Below are positions 1 through 8,900 of a DNA stretch of 19,264 bases, piece by piece (within the stretch, counting starts at the first letter, position 1; the number at the start of each line of letters is the position of its first letter). The notes below the pieces were generated by a model. That model was given only the letters and a program-made list of their open reading frames with translations. It was not told the DNA's origin and ran no database searches. This DNA comes from Gemmatimonadota bacterium. GTDB taxonomy: Bacteria > Gemmatimonadota > Gemmatimonadetes > Gemmatimonadales > GWC2-71-9. The stretch covers positions 1 to 19,264 of the forward strand of contig JBDHKN010000085.1 of NCBI GenBank assembly GCA_039586365.1, written 5' to 3'. The translations under genes and the position numbers were made by a program.

Positions 1-27
1 CGGCAACCCCATGTTGGATACGTAGAA

Positions 28-60
28 GACCGGTGGGGCCAACTCATTGCTCCACCGGTC
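28..60. terminator. Stem-loop, probable intrinsic terminator downstream of the tRNA-Pro 3' end (possibly bidirectional)
   Basis: GACCGGTGGGGC (28-39) pairs with GCTCCACCGGTC (49-60): 12-bp stem with one non-Watson-Crick pair and a 9-nt loop, about 9 nt past the tRNA 3' end on the minus strand. The U-tract is weak. Confidence 0.6.
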
Positions 61-69
61 CTTACCAAG

Positions 70-115
70 TCGGGACGGCGGGATTTGAACCCGCGACCCC
101 CTGAACCCCATTCAG
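70..115 (-). tRNA. Partial tRNA-Pro(GGG), 3' half only; probable att-site duplication of an integrated element
   Basis: Minus strand reads CTGA-ATGGGGT-TCAG-GGGGTC-GCGGG-TTCAAAT-CCCGC-CGTCCCG-A: anticodon arm with GGG, T-arm with TTC, acceptor 3' strand and discriminator A. No D-arm or 5' acceptor strand (CGGGACG) lies upstream, and no CCA is encoded. Confidence 0.88.
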
Positions 116-128
116 TCCACAGAGTGGG

Positions 129-240
129 TCAGATACGACAAAATGTAGTATTAACGCGGTGTTTCGGGTGTCCTCTGTCGTATCTGATGTATGGTAATAC
201 GACAAGATGTAGCATGTTCTTACCCCACTTTTTACCCCAC
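129..240. repeat. Cluster of short inverted and direct repeats next to the tRNA fragment; putative integrase arm-type or accessory-factor sites
   Basis: Perfect 12-bp inverted repeat TCAGATACGACA (129-140) / TGTCGTATCTGA (176-187). Direct repeat ATACGACAA(A/G)ATGTAG(T/C)AT at 133-151 and 197-215 (17/19). TTACCCCAC at 220-228 and 232-240. Confidence 0.65.
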
Positions 241-266
241 CCCCCAACTGCTCTACTCCTTCGACA

Positions 267-2663
267 TCAGCGACTCACAGCATCGCTAGGGAAGTTCATC
301 CTCCGCAGCAGGTCCTGGACGCGTGGATCGGTCCGCACTGCGTCATACGTCGGCCATGCAAAGAGATGGGTTAGCTCGGAACAACGCTCCTCGTAGGCCC
401 CGTTGAGCCACTCCACCGCTCGGTCACGATCCCCTAGCCCAACATAGACCTTGGCTATGCTGATGGGTTCTACGTATCGCTTGTCCGATAGTAGTCTGTC
501 GAGGGCATCTCTAGCCCGGCGCTCTTGCCCCGACACGCCATAGGCATAACCCAGCAGTGCCACGTCACGTGGATCGTGGCTCGACAGGTCAGCCGCTCTC
601 TGGAGTTCCAATATCGCTTCCTCGTACATGAACTTGTGGAGGTATGCTAAGCCAAGTGTTCGCCGAGCCGGAATAAAGCGCGGGTCCATCTCCAGAGTCT
701 TGAGGAGTTGCTGGATGGCAGCGTCATAGTCTCTCTTCACCAGGAGCACACGGCCCATCGCCCGATTGATGATCAATGAAGTCGGATCGAGCTCAAGGGC
801 ACGTTGCACCAGCGTCAATGCTTCGTCTGATCTACCGAGGTCCCTTAGAGCTTTGGCATACCATTGATGCCCAGTAGCGTAGTTGGGATTCAGGGTGATG
901 GCTCGTTCATAGGTCCGCTGCGCTTCGGTCCAGTCGTAGTCAAAGGACCATTGGACATGGGCAAGCGATACGTACGCTTCGGCGAGCGTAGTATCGATCT
1001 GAAGCGCCCGTCGAGCGGCTTGTGCGGCTTTGGGGAACGTCTCTGCAGGAGGTAGGTAGCTGTAGTCTGCCAACATGTTGTACGCGTCGGCCAGCCCAGC
1101 ATACGCCAACGCGTAGTCCGGATCGTTTTGTAGCGCCTGCTGGAATAGCTCGACGGCCCGCTGCAGACCTTCGGGAGTTCTCTGATTCCAGAAGAACCGG
1201 CCCTCCAGGTACAACCGGTATGCCTCGGTGTTCTCGGTGGGCTGTGCCGTGAGTCGCGCCTGCTCTCCCGGTGAGAGAATAACGTTGAGTGCGGCGGCGA
1301 CCTGCTCTGCAACTTCTCTTCTGATAGCGAATACGTTCGACGCCGACAACTCCTGATCATAGTCGTCGGCCCACAGTTGCCCGTCCGTCTCTGGGTCGAT
1401 CAGACGCGCCGTAATGTGGATTCGGTCGGCGGCACGGGCCACACTTCCAGCCACGAGGTAGTCAACTCCCAACTCAGTTGCGGCCTCAGCATGAGTCATC
1501 TCCGCACTCCCCACCCGCTGTGCTGAGCCGTGAGCAATAACGACGAACTCGTCAATCTTTGAAAGCTGGGTATTGATGTCCTGCGTCACACCTTCACTGA
1601 GGTATTCGTCCTGCTGAGTTGCACTCAGGTTCTCAAACGGCAACACGGCGATCCGTATGCTGGCGCTCGGTTGATCGGCAACCGTTCCGCCTCGACCCAC
1701 CAATACCCACCATCCAGCGACAGCAATCGCCAGGGCCGCGCCCGCTCCAAGAACCGTCTTCCGTCGCTGTGCCCATACCGCGCCCACCGGAGTCATAGCA
1801 GTCGGCGTAACACCTCCGCTCGGCGTCGCCATAGCCTCCAACTGTGGCAACAGCTCCTCGGCGCTCTGCCACCTGTCGGCGGCTTTCTTCTCCAGGCACT
1901 TCATCACGACTTGAGCCAAAGCTGGCGGCACTGACTCCCGATACTTGCTCACCGGCTCGGGTGTATCGGTCATGTGAGCCGAGAGAATCATCTGCGGAGT
2001 GGTGCCGAGGAACGGTGTTCTGCCCGTCAGCAACTCATAAGCAACGACGCCTACAGCATAGATGTCGGCTCTGTGGTCGATGTGAGAATTGGCAGACGCC
2101 TGTTCCGGCGACATGTATGCCGGAGTGCCGAGGGCTACTCCTTCGGTCGTCAGCTTCTGCCGTCCGGTTGCCTCACTTACCGCTTTCGCAACGCCAAAGT
2201 CGGTCACCAGGGCATGACGCTCGGACAACAGCACGTTGTCGGGCTTGATGTCCCTGTGAACCACGTTGTGCTTGTGTGCGTGCGTTAGCGCATCGACTAC
2301 GTCTCGAAGGATTCTGACGGCCTCTCCGATAGGCAGCTCGCCCTCGTGAGCCAGTTTGTCGCGCAATGATTGACCTTCTACAAACGGCATCACGTAGAAC
2401 AGAAAGCCGTCGGCGTCACCGGAGTCGATCAATGTGAGGATGTGAGGATGTGTGAGTCCGGCCGCGATCTCTATCTCACGGTGGAACCGATCTACGCCGA
2501 GAGCCGCAGCAAGTTCGGGCCGTAGCACCTTGACCGCCACCTTGCGATGGTGTTTCAGGTCCTCGGCGAGATAGACGGTGGCCATCCCACCAGACCCAAG
2601 CTCTCGCTCAATCTGGTAGCGATCGGCCAGCGCAGCCTTGAGGCGGTCCAGAATGTCGGCCAT
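267..2663 (-). CDS. Hanks-type Ser/Thr protein kinase with TM helix, TolB_N-like domain and TPR repeats (798 aa)
   Basis: Kinase motifs GSGGMATV, VAVK, HRDIKPDN, DFG and GTPAYMSPE; hydrophobic segment VLGAGAALAIAVAGWWVLV; IAVLPFENLS domain; several TPRs (DPDYALAYAGLA, NPNYATGHQWYA); AGGAG RBS upstream. Confidence 0.95.
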   Translation of the reverse strand: MADILDRLKAALADRYQIERELGSGGMATVYLAEDLKHHRKVAVKVLRPELAAALGVDRFHREIEIAAGLTHPHILTLIDSGDADGFLFYVMPFVEGQSLRDKLAHEGELPIGEAVRILRDVVDALTHAHKHNVVHRDIKPDNVLLSERHALVTDFGVAKAVSEATGRQKLTTEGVALGTPAYMSPEQASANSHIDHRADIYAVGVVAYELLTGRTPFLGTTPQMILSAHMTDTPEPVSKYRESVPPALAQVVMKCLEKKAADRWQSAEELLPQLEAMATPSGGVTPTAMTPVGAVWAQRRKTVLGAGAALAIAVAGWWVLVGRGGTVADQPSASIRIAVLPFENLSATQQDEYLSEGVTQDINTQLSKIDEFVVIAHGSAQRVGSAEMTHAEAATELGVDYLVAGSVARAADRIHITARLIDPETDGQLWADDYDQELSASNVFAIRREVAEQVAAALNVILSPGEQARLTAQPTENTEAYRLYLEGRFFWNQRTPEGLQRAVELFQQALQNDPDYALAYAGLADAYNMLADYSYLPPAETFPKAAQAARRALQIDTTLAEAYVSLAHVQWSFDYDWTEAQRTYERAITLNPNYATGHQWYAKALRDLGRSDEALTLVQRALELDPTSLIINRAMGRVLLVKRDYDAAIQQLLKTLEMDPRFIPARRTLGLAYLHKFMYEEAILELQRAADLSSHDPRDVALLGYAYGVSGQERRARDALDRLLSDKRYVEPISIAKVYVGLGDRDRAVEWLNGAYEERCSELTHLFAWPTYDAVRTDPRVQDLLRRMNFPSDAVSR

Positions 2664-2681
2664 ACGGCGACTCCTCTGGGT
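2635..2681 (-). repeat. 47-bp identical RBS plus first codons shared by the two kinase genes (copy 1; copy 2 at 5648-5694)
   Basis: GCCTTGAGGCGGTCCAGAATGTCGGCCATACGGCGACTCCTCTGGGT is identical at 2635-2681 and 5648-5694. Confidence 0.9.
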
Positions 2682-2688
2682 ACCGTCT

Positions 2689-2717
2689 AAGGTACGGGTC
2701 GGTTGAGAGTCAGGCCA
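2689..2717 (-). promoter_or_regulatory. Putative sigma70-type promoter of kinase 1
   Basis: TGGCCT-17 nt-TACCTT on the minus strand. The same geometry occurs before kinase 2 (TGGCCC-17-TAACTT, 5703-5731) and at 11609-11637 (TGGCCC-17-TGACTT). Confidence 0.5.
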
Positions 2718-2772
2718 GAGTGCAAGACAGAATTCTGAGCGTCGCTAGACGCCCGGCGCACTGTACTCCCTC

Positions 2773-3720
2773 TCACCTCGTCTGCGAAGGGGGTGGGCGA
2801 TGGCTCTTCTGGTATCGCAAGTGCTCTTCGGCCGCCCGCTCCACCGTCTCCTTTGAGAAGAGGTCCCTGATTCGCGTGGGTGATGGTGCCCTGGCCAGCT
2901 CCTCTGCTACGTTGAGCACAGCTACTTCGTCGAACTGGTGCCAGTGATACAGATAGATCAGGCCCTGGCGCAGGTCAAAGACGTTCGAGTAGAGGGTATT
3001 GCCGACCGCACCTTCAATGTGAACTGCGTCCAGAATGGATCGGAAGTAGTCTACGGTGAGATCCGCTTCAGCTTCGATCCGCTCCAACATCTCGGTCGCC
3101 TTGTCGTAGCGCCAGCACGGATAGCTGCCGTCAAAGGCGTTGTCCGGATTGGCGCGGTTGAAATTCGTCGATACCAGGTACCCGTCTCCTTGCGGTTTTC
3201 TGGTGAACGCAAGCTCGCCATTCGGTCCCGCACTGATGACGACCGCGTCACCGGTCGCATCTGCCAACAGGACTTGCCATCGGATTGAGTCGCCCCAGTT
3301 GTAGCTCCTCGCCACCGTGATGGCTTCCTCTACCGTGGCGCAGGTCTGTTGGATCCTCCTCATTATCGCACCACGGTCCGGGAGTTCGGGGTGGGGACTC
3401 AAAGTTGCTTCTGGCAGGGCGTTGTAGTCGAACGCGAGACCCTTCTCATTGATGCCGCCTTGAGGAGAGAAGTTGTCGAAGCCCAGGTATACTCCACCGT
3501 ATGTTCCCTCAGCGGGAGGTCGCACCCAGTAGTACGTGTTGGGATTGTTGTAATCCTCGTTGTTGCCGTAGAGGACAGTGTTGCCACGGGAAGCGGCAAA
3601 GATCGTACAGGAGCCAAGAACGCCCTCGTCGGCCCTGGTGTCTTCAGGTTGCCAAATGCATCCCGCGCATGCCAGAAGCATGAGACAGAGCGCGCCAGTG
3701 CGAAGTGACATGGATTTCAT
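2773..3720 (-). CDS. Ntn-hydrolase lipoprotein (choloylglycine hydrolase / peptidase C45-C59-like), 315 aa; probably originally a separate gene
   Basis: Signal peptide with a lipobox-like Cys (MKSMSLRTGALCLMLLACAGC); nucleophile motif SCTIF...GNNED; GGINEKGLAFD, ADATGDAVVI, STNF, RY and TLYSNVFDL motifs. Confidence 0.8.
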   Translation of the reverse strand: MKSMSLRTGALCLMLLACAGCIWQPEDTRADEGVLGSCTIFAASRGNTVLYGNNEDYNNPNTYYWVRPPAEGTYGGVYLGFDNFSPQGGINEKGLAFDYNALPEATLSPHPELPDRGAIMRRIQQTCATVEEAITVARSYNWGDSIRWQVLLADATGDAVVISAGPNGELAFTRKPQGDGYLVSTNFNRANPDNAFDGSYPCWRYDKATEMLERIEAEADLTVDYFRSILDAVHIEGAVGNTLYSNVFDLRQGLIYLYHWHQFDEVAVLNVAEELARAPSPTRIRDLFSKETVERAAEEHLRYQKSHRPPPSQTR

Positions 3721-5676
3721 CAGGTGCGTCCGTTGTAGGTGAGCAAGATACACGGTAGCCATCCCACGGTACCGAGTTCTCGCCCGATGGTGTAGCGGTC
3801 GGCGAGCGCAGCGCGGAGGCGGGAGAAGGCGTAGGTCATGACGAAACGTCCCCCAGCCATACCTATGGTCCCTGATCAACGTCTCCAATGCCGCGCACCA
3901 CCACTCGCAGTCGAACCGGCCGCTGTAGTAGTCGCACCACCGGGTATTCACGCCCCCTGCCATTGGATCCACCGTGGCGAGTCGCTCGAAGTAGGATCGC
4001 GCAGCGTCCAGATGCCCTGAGCACCCCGCCACGAACACCAAGTAGAACAGCGCATCGCTATTGTCCGGATCAGACCGCAGGGCCTGTTTGAACTGTGCCA
4101 CTGCCTCCTGGGTCCGTCCCTGATAGAACAGGACCGACCCCCGCACGACATGGCCACCGGGGGAACCAGGGTTCAGCTCGAATGCCTTGGCCGCCCATTG
4201 CTCTGCTTCCTCCAAGACTTCGCCAGACTCGGAGCCCCAGATGCACCGGCTACTGTACGCGTTGCCCATGGTGGTATAAAGCAGTTCGTTAGGCCCCTCG
4301 ATCTCGAGCCCCTTCTTCAGCACTTTGATTGCTCGGTTGGCCCCTTCCGCGGTGAATTCGGTCAGATGCTGCTTGGCTCTCAGGTAACACTCGTAGGCGA
4401 GGGGATCAGCGATCCGAGGCCTAGTCAGGCGATCATCCTCCTCTGGACTCAGGCTGACCTTCAGTTGCTCGACGATCTTGCGCGCCAGGCGCTCTTGCAC
4501 CTCGAACACGTCGTCCATCGTCCCTGTGTATCTGTCGGCCCAGAGGTGCGCATCCTCTCTTGCGTCGATCAGCTGCACCGTGATCCGAAGCGCATTTCCC
4601 GCTTTGCGGACGCTACCCTCCAGGGCGTATTGGACATTCAGTTCTCGACCAATGGTGGCAACGTCCTTGTCTGAGCCCTGCAATCTCATCGCCGTAGTAC
4701 GCGAGATCACGCGGAGGGCACGGATACCGGACAACTCCGCAATTAACTCCTCGGTCAACCCGTCGGAGAAGAACGCATTGTCCGGATCGGGACTCAGATT
4801 CTCAAACGGCAGCACCACGATCGATTTCTTCTCCTCCGCTTCCACCCTTGCCGTCAGCGCCGTTGCCAACTGCTCCGCACTGTCAAACCGATCCGCAGGC
4901 ACCTTGGCCAATGCCTTCATGATCGCGCGATCCATCATCTCCGGCACACTGTCTCGCACCACACGAGGCTGAGTGGGACGCTCGCTCAACAGCTTCGCGA
5001 TGACCGCCTGTACCGTCGCACCAGTCTGCGGCGGCTCTCCGGTAACCATCTCATACAGCACTGCACCCAACGAGTAGATGTCAGCCCGTGCGTCCAACTC
5101 CCCACTACCAGTCGCCTGCTCGGGGCTCATGTACTCGGGAGTCCCCAGCGACAGGCCGGTCTCAGTCAGTCGCTCGCCACCAGCGGCAGTCACAGCCAGG
5201 GAGATGCCGAAGTCCGCCACCACGGCCTCACCCCTATGAAGCAGGATATTCTCGGGCTTGATGTCCCGATGGATCACACCCTGTTGGTGCGCGTAGTCGA
5301 GCGCCGAGGCTACCTGGCGTGTGAGGGCCACGGCTTCGTCGATGGAGAGCTGCTTCTCTCGTTCGATCTTGCTCCGTAAAGACTCGCCCTCAACGTGGGG
5401 CATCACGTAGTACAAGAATCCGTCGGCCGAACCCGAATCGTGGAGTGCGAGTATATGGGGATGGTTCAGCTTGGCAGCGATGCGGATTTCGCGCAGGAAC
5501 CGTTCTCCCCCAAGGATCGCCGAGAGTTCGGGACGCATGACCTTGAGGGCGACTCGTCGGTCGTGCTTCAGGTCCTGAGCGAGGTAGACGGTGGCCATCC
5601 CACCTGCACCAAGCTCGCGCTCAATGCGGTAGCGGTCTGACAGTGCTGCCTTGAGGCGGTCCAGAATGTCGGCCAT
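2773..5676 (-). CDS. Chimeric ORF: Ser/Thr kinase + TolB_N-like + truncated TPR region (5676 to about 3910), read through in frame into an Ntn-hydrolase gene
   Basis: Start MADILDRL at 5676 has an AGGAG RBS. Motifs GAGGMATV, VALK, HRDIKPEN, DFG, SIVVLPFENLS; TPRs end near YYSGRFD; then about 60 codons that do not look protein-like; then the hydrolase. No TM helix follows the kinase domain. Confidence 0.8.
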   Translation of the reverse strand: MADILDRLKAALSDRYRIERELGAGGMATVYLAQDLKHDRRVALKVMRPELSAILGGERFLREIRIAAKLNHPHILALHDSGSADGFLYYVMPHVEGESLRSKIEREKQLSIDEAVALTRQVASALDYAHQQGVIHRDIKPENILLHRGEAVVADFGISLAVTAAGGERLTETGLSLGTPEYMSPEQATGSGELDARADIYSLGAVLYEMVTGEPPQTGATVQAVIAKLLSERPTQPRVVRDSVPEMMDRAIMKALAKVPADRFDSAEQLATALTARVEAEEKKSIVVLPFENLSPDPDNAFFSDGLTEELIAELSGIRALRVISRTTAMRLQGSDKDVATIGRELNVQYALEGSVRKAGNALRITVQLIDAREDAHLWADRYTGTMDDVFEVQERLARKIVEQLKVSLSPEEDDRLTRPRIADPLAYECYLRAKQHLTEFTAEGANRAIKVLKKGLEIEGPNELLYTTMGNAYSSRCIWGSESGEVLEEAEQWAAKAFELNPGSPGGHVVRGSVLFYQGRTQEAVAQFKQALRSDPDNSDALFYLVFVAGCSGHLDAARSYFERLATVDPMAGGVNTRWCDYYSGRFDCEWWCAALETLIRDHRYGWGTFRHDLRLLPPPRCARRPLHHRARTRYRGMATVYLAHLQRTHLMKSMSLRTGALCLMLLACAGCIWQPEDTRADEGVLGSCTIFAASRGNTVLYGNNEDYNNPNTYYWVRPPAEGTYGGVYLGFDNFSPQGGINEKGLAFDYNALPEATLSPHPELPDRGAIMRRIQQTCATVEEAITVARSYNWGDSIRWQVLLADATGDAVVISAGPNGELAFTRKPQGDGYLVSTNFNRANPDNAFDGSYPCWRYDKATEMLERIEAEADLTVDYFRSILDAVHIEGAVGNTLYSNVFDLRQGLIYLYHWHQFDEVAVLNVAEELARAPSPTRIRDLFSKETVERAAEEHLRYQKSHRPPPSQTR
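3739..3839 (-). pseudogene. Frameshifted N-terminal remnant of a third Ser/Thr kinase
   Basis: ATG at 3839 gives MTYAFSRLRAALADRYTIGRELG, then a 1-nt deletion, then RGMATVYLAH. This is colinear with the starts of the two neighbouring kinases. Confidence 0.85.
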
Positions 5677-5764
5677 ACGGCGACTCCTCTGGGTCCCGCT
5701 CAAAGTTAGGGATCGCTACCGGAGAGGGCCAGATTGGCGTTTGGCACAACGCCCGGCGCGGGGC
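5648..5764 (-). repeat. Kinase leader module (small hairpin, promoter, RBS, start), copy 2
   Basis: 5648-5694 is identical to 2635-2681. 5696-5764 aligns ungapped to 11602-11670 at 59/69. Contains the hairpin GGCGTT-TGGCAC-AACGCC. Confidence 0.85.
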
Positions 5765-5961
5765 TGCGCGTCGCGACAGCGCTTAGTAACCGGGTGAGAC
5801 TAGACACATTCCCGGCTGCGCGCGGAATCGCTCGAACACATGACCGTTAGGGCACGACCGCCTTCGACCTTCTTCTAGCGCCCTAGCCCGCCCTAGCTCT
5901 GTCCTTTGCATTAGCTTTTGACATCACGCCCATCTCTCTCCCTACCACCGGAGACGACCCC

Positions 5962-8900
5962 ATGACCCGCGCCATACTCGCTGTGTCGTTAATGCTTCTC
6001 GCTGCGACTCCCGTCCTCGCTCAGGACCGAGATGAGTGGGACGTCACCCTGGCACGCGGAGCTACCCGCGAAATCGACTTCACGACCGAGGAAGGTACTT
6101 GGATGTCAGTGGACGTTGCACCGGCCGGAGACTGGGTGGTGTTCGATCTGCTGGGCCACATATACCGCCTGCCGATCGGCGGAGGAGACGCTGACTGCCT
6201 CACTCAAGAGACCGGAGTGGCCGTCAACTATCACCCGCGCTACTCGCCGGACGGGCTGCAAATCGCATTCATTTCCGACCGCAAGGGACAGAGTAACCTA
6301 TGGATCATGAACGCGGACGGGACCGATCCGCGGCCGGTGTTCACGGACTTGAATGTGCGCGCCTCCCTGCCCGCCTGGACACCCGACGGCCAGTACATTC
6401 TGGTGCGACGCGACTACGTGGGCCCACGCTCGGGCGGCGTGCCTGACCACGACATCGCCGCGGAACAGGCGCCTGAAGGCCGCGCTGGCATTTGGATGTA
6501 TCACAGGGACGGTGGCGACGGGGTCGCATTGATGGGCACAGAGGTGTCGGGTGCTACCTGGCCCTCGATCTCGCCCAACGGGCGATACGTTTATCACCAC
6601 ACCAGGTCCGGCGGTCGCGACGCTCTTACCGGCCACTATCAGATTCGGCGGTTCGATCTCCGCACCGGCGACAAGATCGACATCACCGCCGGACGCGCCG
6701 ACGGTGCCGCTGCGGGTCGGGTCTCGAGCGGCGGGGCATTCGCGCCGGAGATCTCGCCCGACGGCCGCTGGCTCGCGTTCGGACGCCAAATACCTGACGG
6801 CACCATCTCGTTCAAAGGACACCGATTCGGGCCGCGGACCGCTCTCTGGCTGAGAGACCTGGAGAACGGCGTCGAACGGATCGTGATGGACCCCATCTCG
6901 GTAGCCATCGAGAGTGGCTCCAAGAGCTTGAGGATCCTGCCGGGCTACAGCTGGACCGAAGACGGCACCGCCATCGTTCTGTCGCAGGGAGGAAAGCTGC
7001 GCCGTCTGGATGTCGCAACTGGCGCGGTCGCTACGATTCCGTTCTCTGCCCGCGTCCACCGCACGATCTCCGAGATGGCCTATGAGCCGTTCCGGATCAC
7101 TGACGACGCATTCGAGGCGAAGTTCCTCAGATGGCATACAGCCTCACCAGACGGCTCCAGGTTGGCATTTCAGGCCGTTGGAAGGGTGTGGGTGATGGAC
7201 TTGCCGAGTGGCACACCCACGCGTCTCACGCGCGGCACCACGCCAATGCAGGAGTTCGCGCCCGCGTGGTCGCCCGACGGGCGCTGGATTGCGTTTACAA
7301 CTTGGGTGGACGGAGAGGGCGGCCAGCTCTGGAAGGTGCGCTCAACTGGCGGTGAACCACAGCAACTGACGCGCGAACCGGCAGAGTACCTCCACCCCGC
7401 GTGGAGCCCGGACGGTGCCGAACTAATCCTGGTTCGGGGATCGGGAGCCACTGCGAGGTTGCGGACGGTGACCCACAACCCGTGGTGGGACGTGGTGCGG
7501 ATACCGGCTGACGGCGGAAACGTGCAGCACGTGGCAAGAGTAGCGCTTCCCGCAGGGACCAATCCCAGCAGCGTAGCACGGAGGGCAATCCTACAACCGT
7601 CATATGGTCCCGAGGGTAGGATCTTCTTTCCCGAGTTCCAGAGCGGTGGAACCAGGGGACTCCAGACAGTTGTGGTCTCAGTGGAGCGCGATGGCGGTGA
7701 CCGACGGGAACACATGACGCTGCCAGCTGCCGACGAGGCGGTTCCCTCCCCCGACGGCAAGTGGATCGCTTTCCAGGAAGGCGACAACGTCTACCTGACT
7801 GCGTTTCCCTGGCTGGGGTCCGGGTCGGAACCAGTCGATCTGAACAAGCGGGACGGCAAGCTGCCCGTGACGCGTCTTAGCCTCGAGGGGGGACTGTTTC
7901 CCCGCTGGCGCGGCAACATGGTCGAGTTCGGGAGTGGTAACCGGTACTTCGCGTACCACGTCGACTCACAGACAGCTGACACAGTCTCAATACAGTTGAG
8001 TGTGCCGCGCAGGACTCCGGAAGGCGCCATCGCATTCACCGACGCGCGCATCGTCACTCTGGCCGGTGGTGCTGCGGACGTGATCGAATCTGGCACGGTG
8101 GTGGTGCATGGTAGCCGGATCAGCTGCGTGGGGGCGTGCGAGACAGCCGGCGTGGATCGGGTGATCGATGCTTCCGGCAAGACAATGGTCCCCGGCTTCG
8201 TCGACATGCACGCGCACCACTACCGCGAGCACCGCGGTTACCGCCCATTGCGAGACTACGAGGTGGCCATGTACCTCGCCTACGGGGTCACTGCGAATTT
8301 GGACAACTCGATGTGGTCGCAGAATGTGTTCCCGACAGCAGAACTCATCGATGCAGGCGAGATGATTGGGCCCCGCACGTTCAGCACGGGAGATCCACTC
8401 TACAGCGGTGATGCCGCAAGACAGAATCTGTTGTCCAGCTATGAGGTTGCTGTGCAGGAAGTGAACCGATTGGAATCATGGGGAGTAGTCTCCCTCAAGC
8501 AGTACCTGCAACCCAGGCGTGACCAGCGGCAGTGGGTGTCGCATATAGCGAGGGAGAAAGGCTTCATGGTCACGTCGGAAGGAGGGGACTTGTTCTTCAA
8601 TCTCGGTATGATCATGGATGGCCAAACCGCGTGGGAACACCCACTCAGCTACGTGCCAGTTTACTCCGACGCGGCCAAGTTCTTCGGCCAGGCGAAAGCC
8701 GTATACTCTCCCACGTTCGTCGTGGCGGGTCCTGGCCCCTGGAACATCGAGTACTTCTACGCCGAGTCGGACGTATGGAAGGACCCCAAGCAGCGTCGCT
8801 GGATGCCGTGGCGTATGACCGCCGGTCACCTGCGGCGTCGCACGCTCAGACCGGACACCGATTACAGTTTCCCTCTCATCGCACAGGGTCTAGCCGACAT

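Noticed and set aside
62..247. 61-aa ORF ending GVQGVAGSNPAVPT
   Set aside because: This is the translation of the tRNA T-arm and acceptor region, a common spurious ORF.
2432..2448. ATGTGAGG tandem repeat
   Set aside because: Lies inside the kinase HPHILTL coding motif and is explained by the protein sequence.
5785..5852. Possible attC site (CCCTAAC...GTTAC on the minus strand)
   Set aside because: The R boxes are not complementary beyond the core and no paired L boxes are present.
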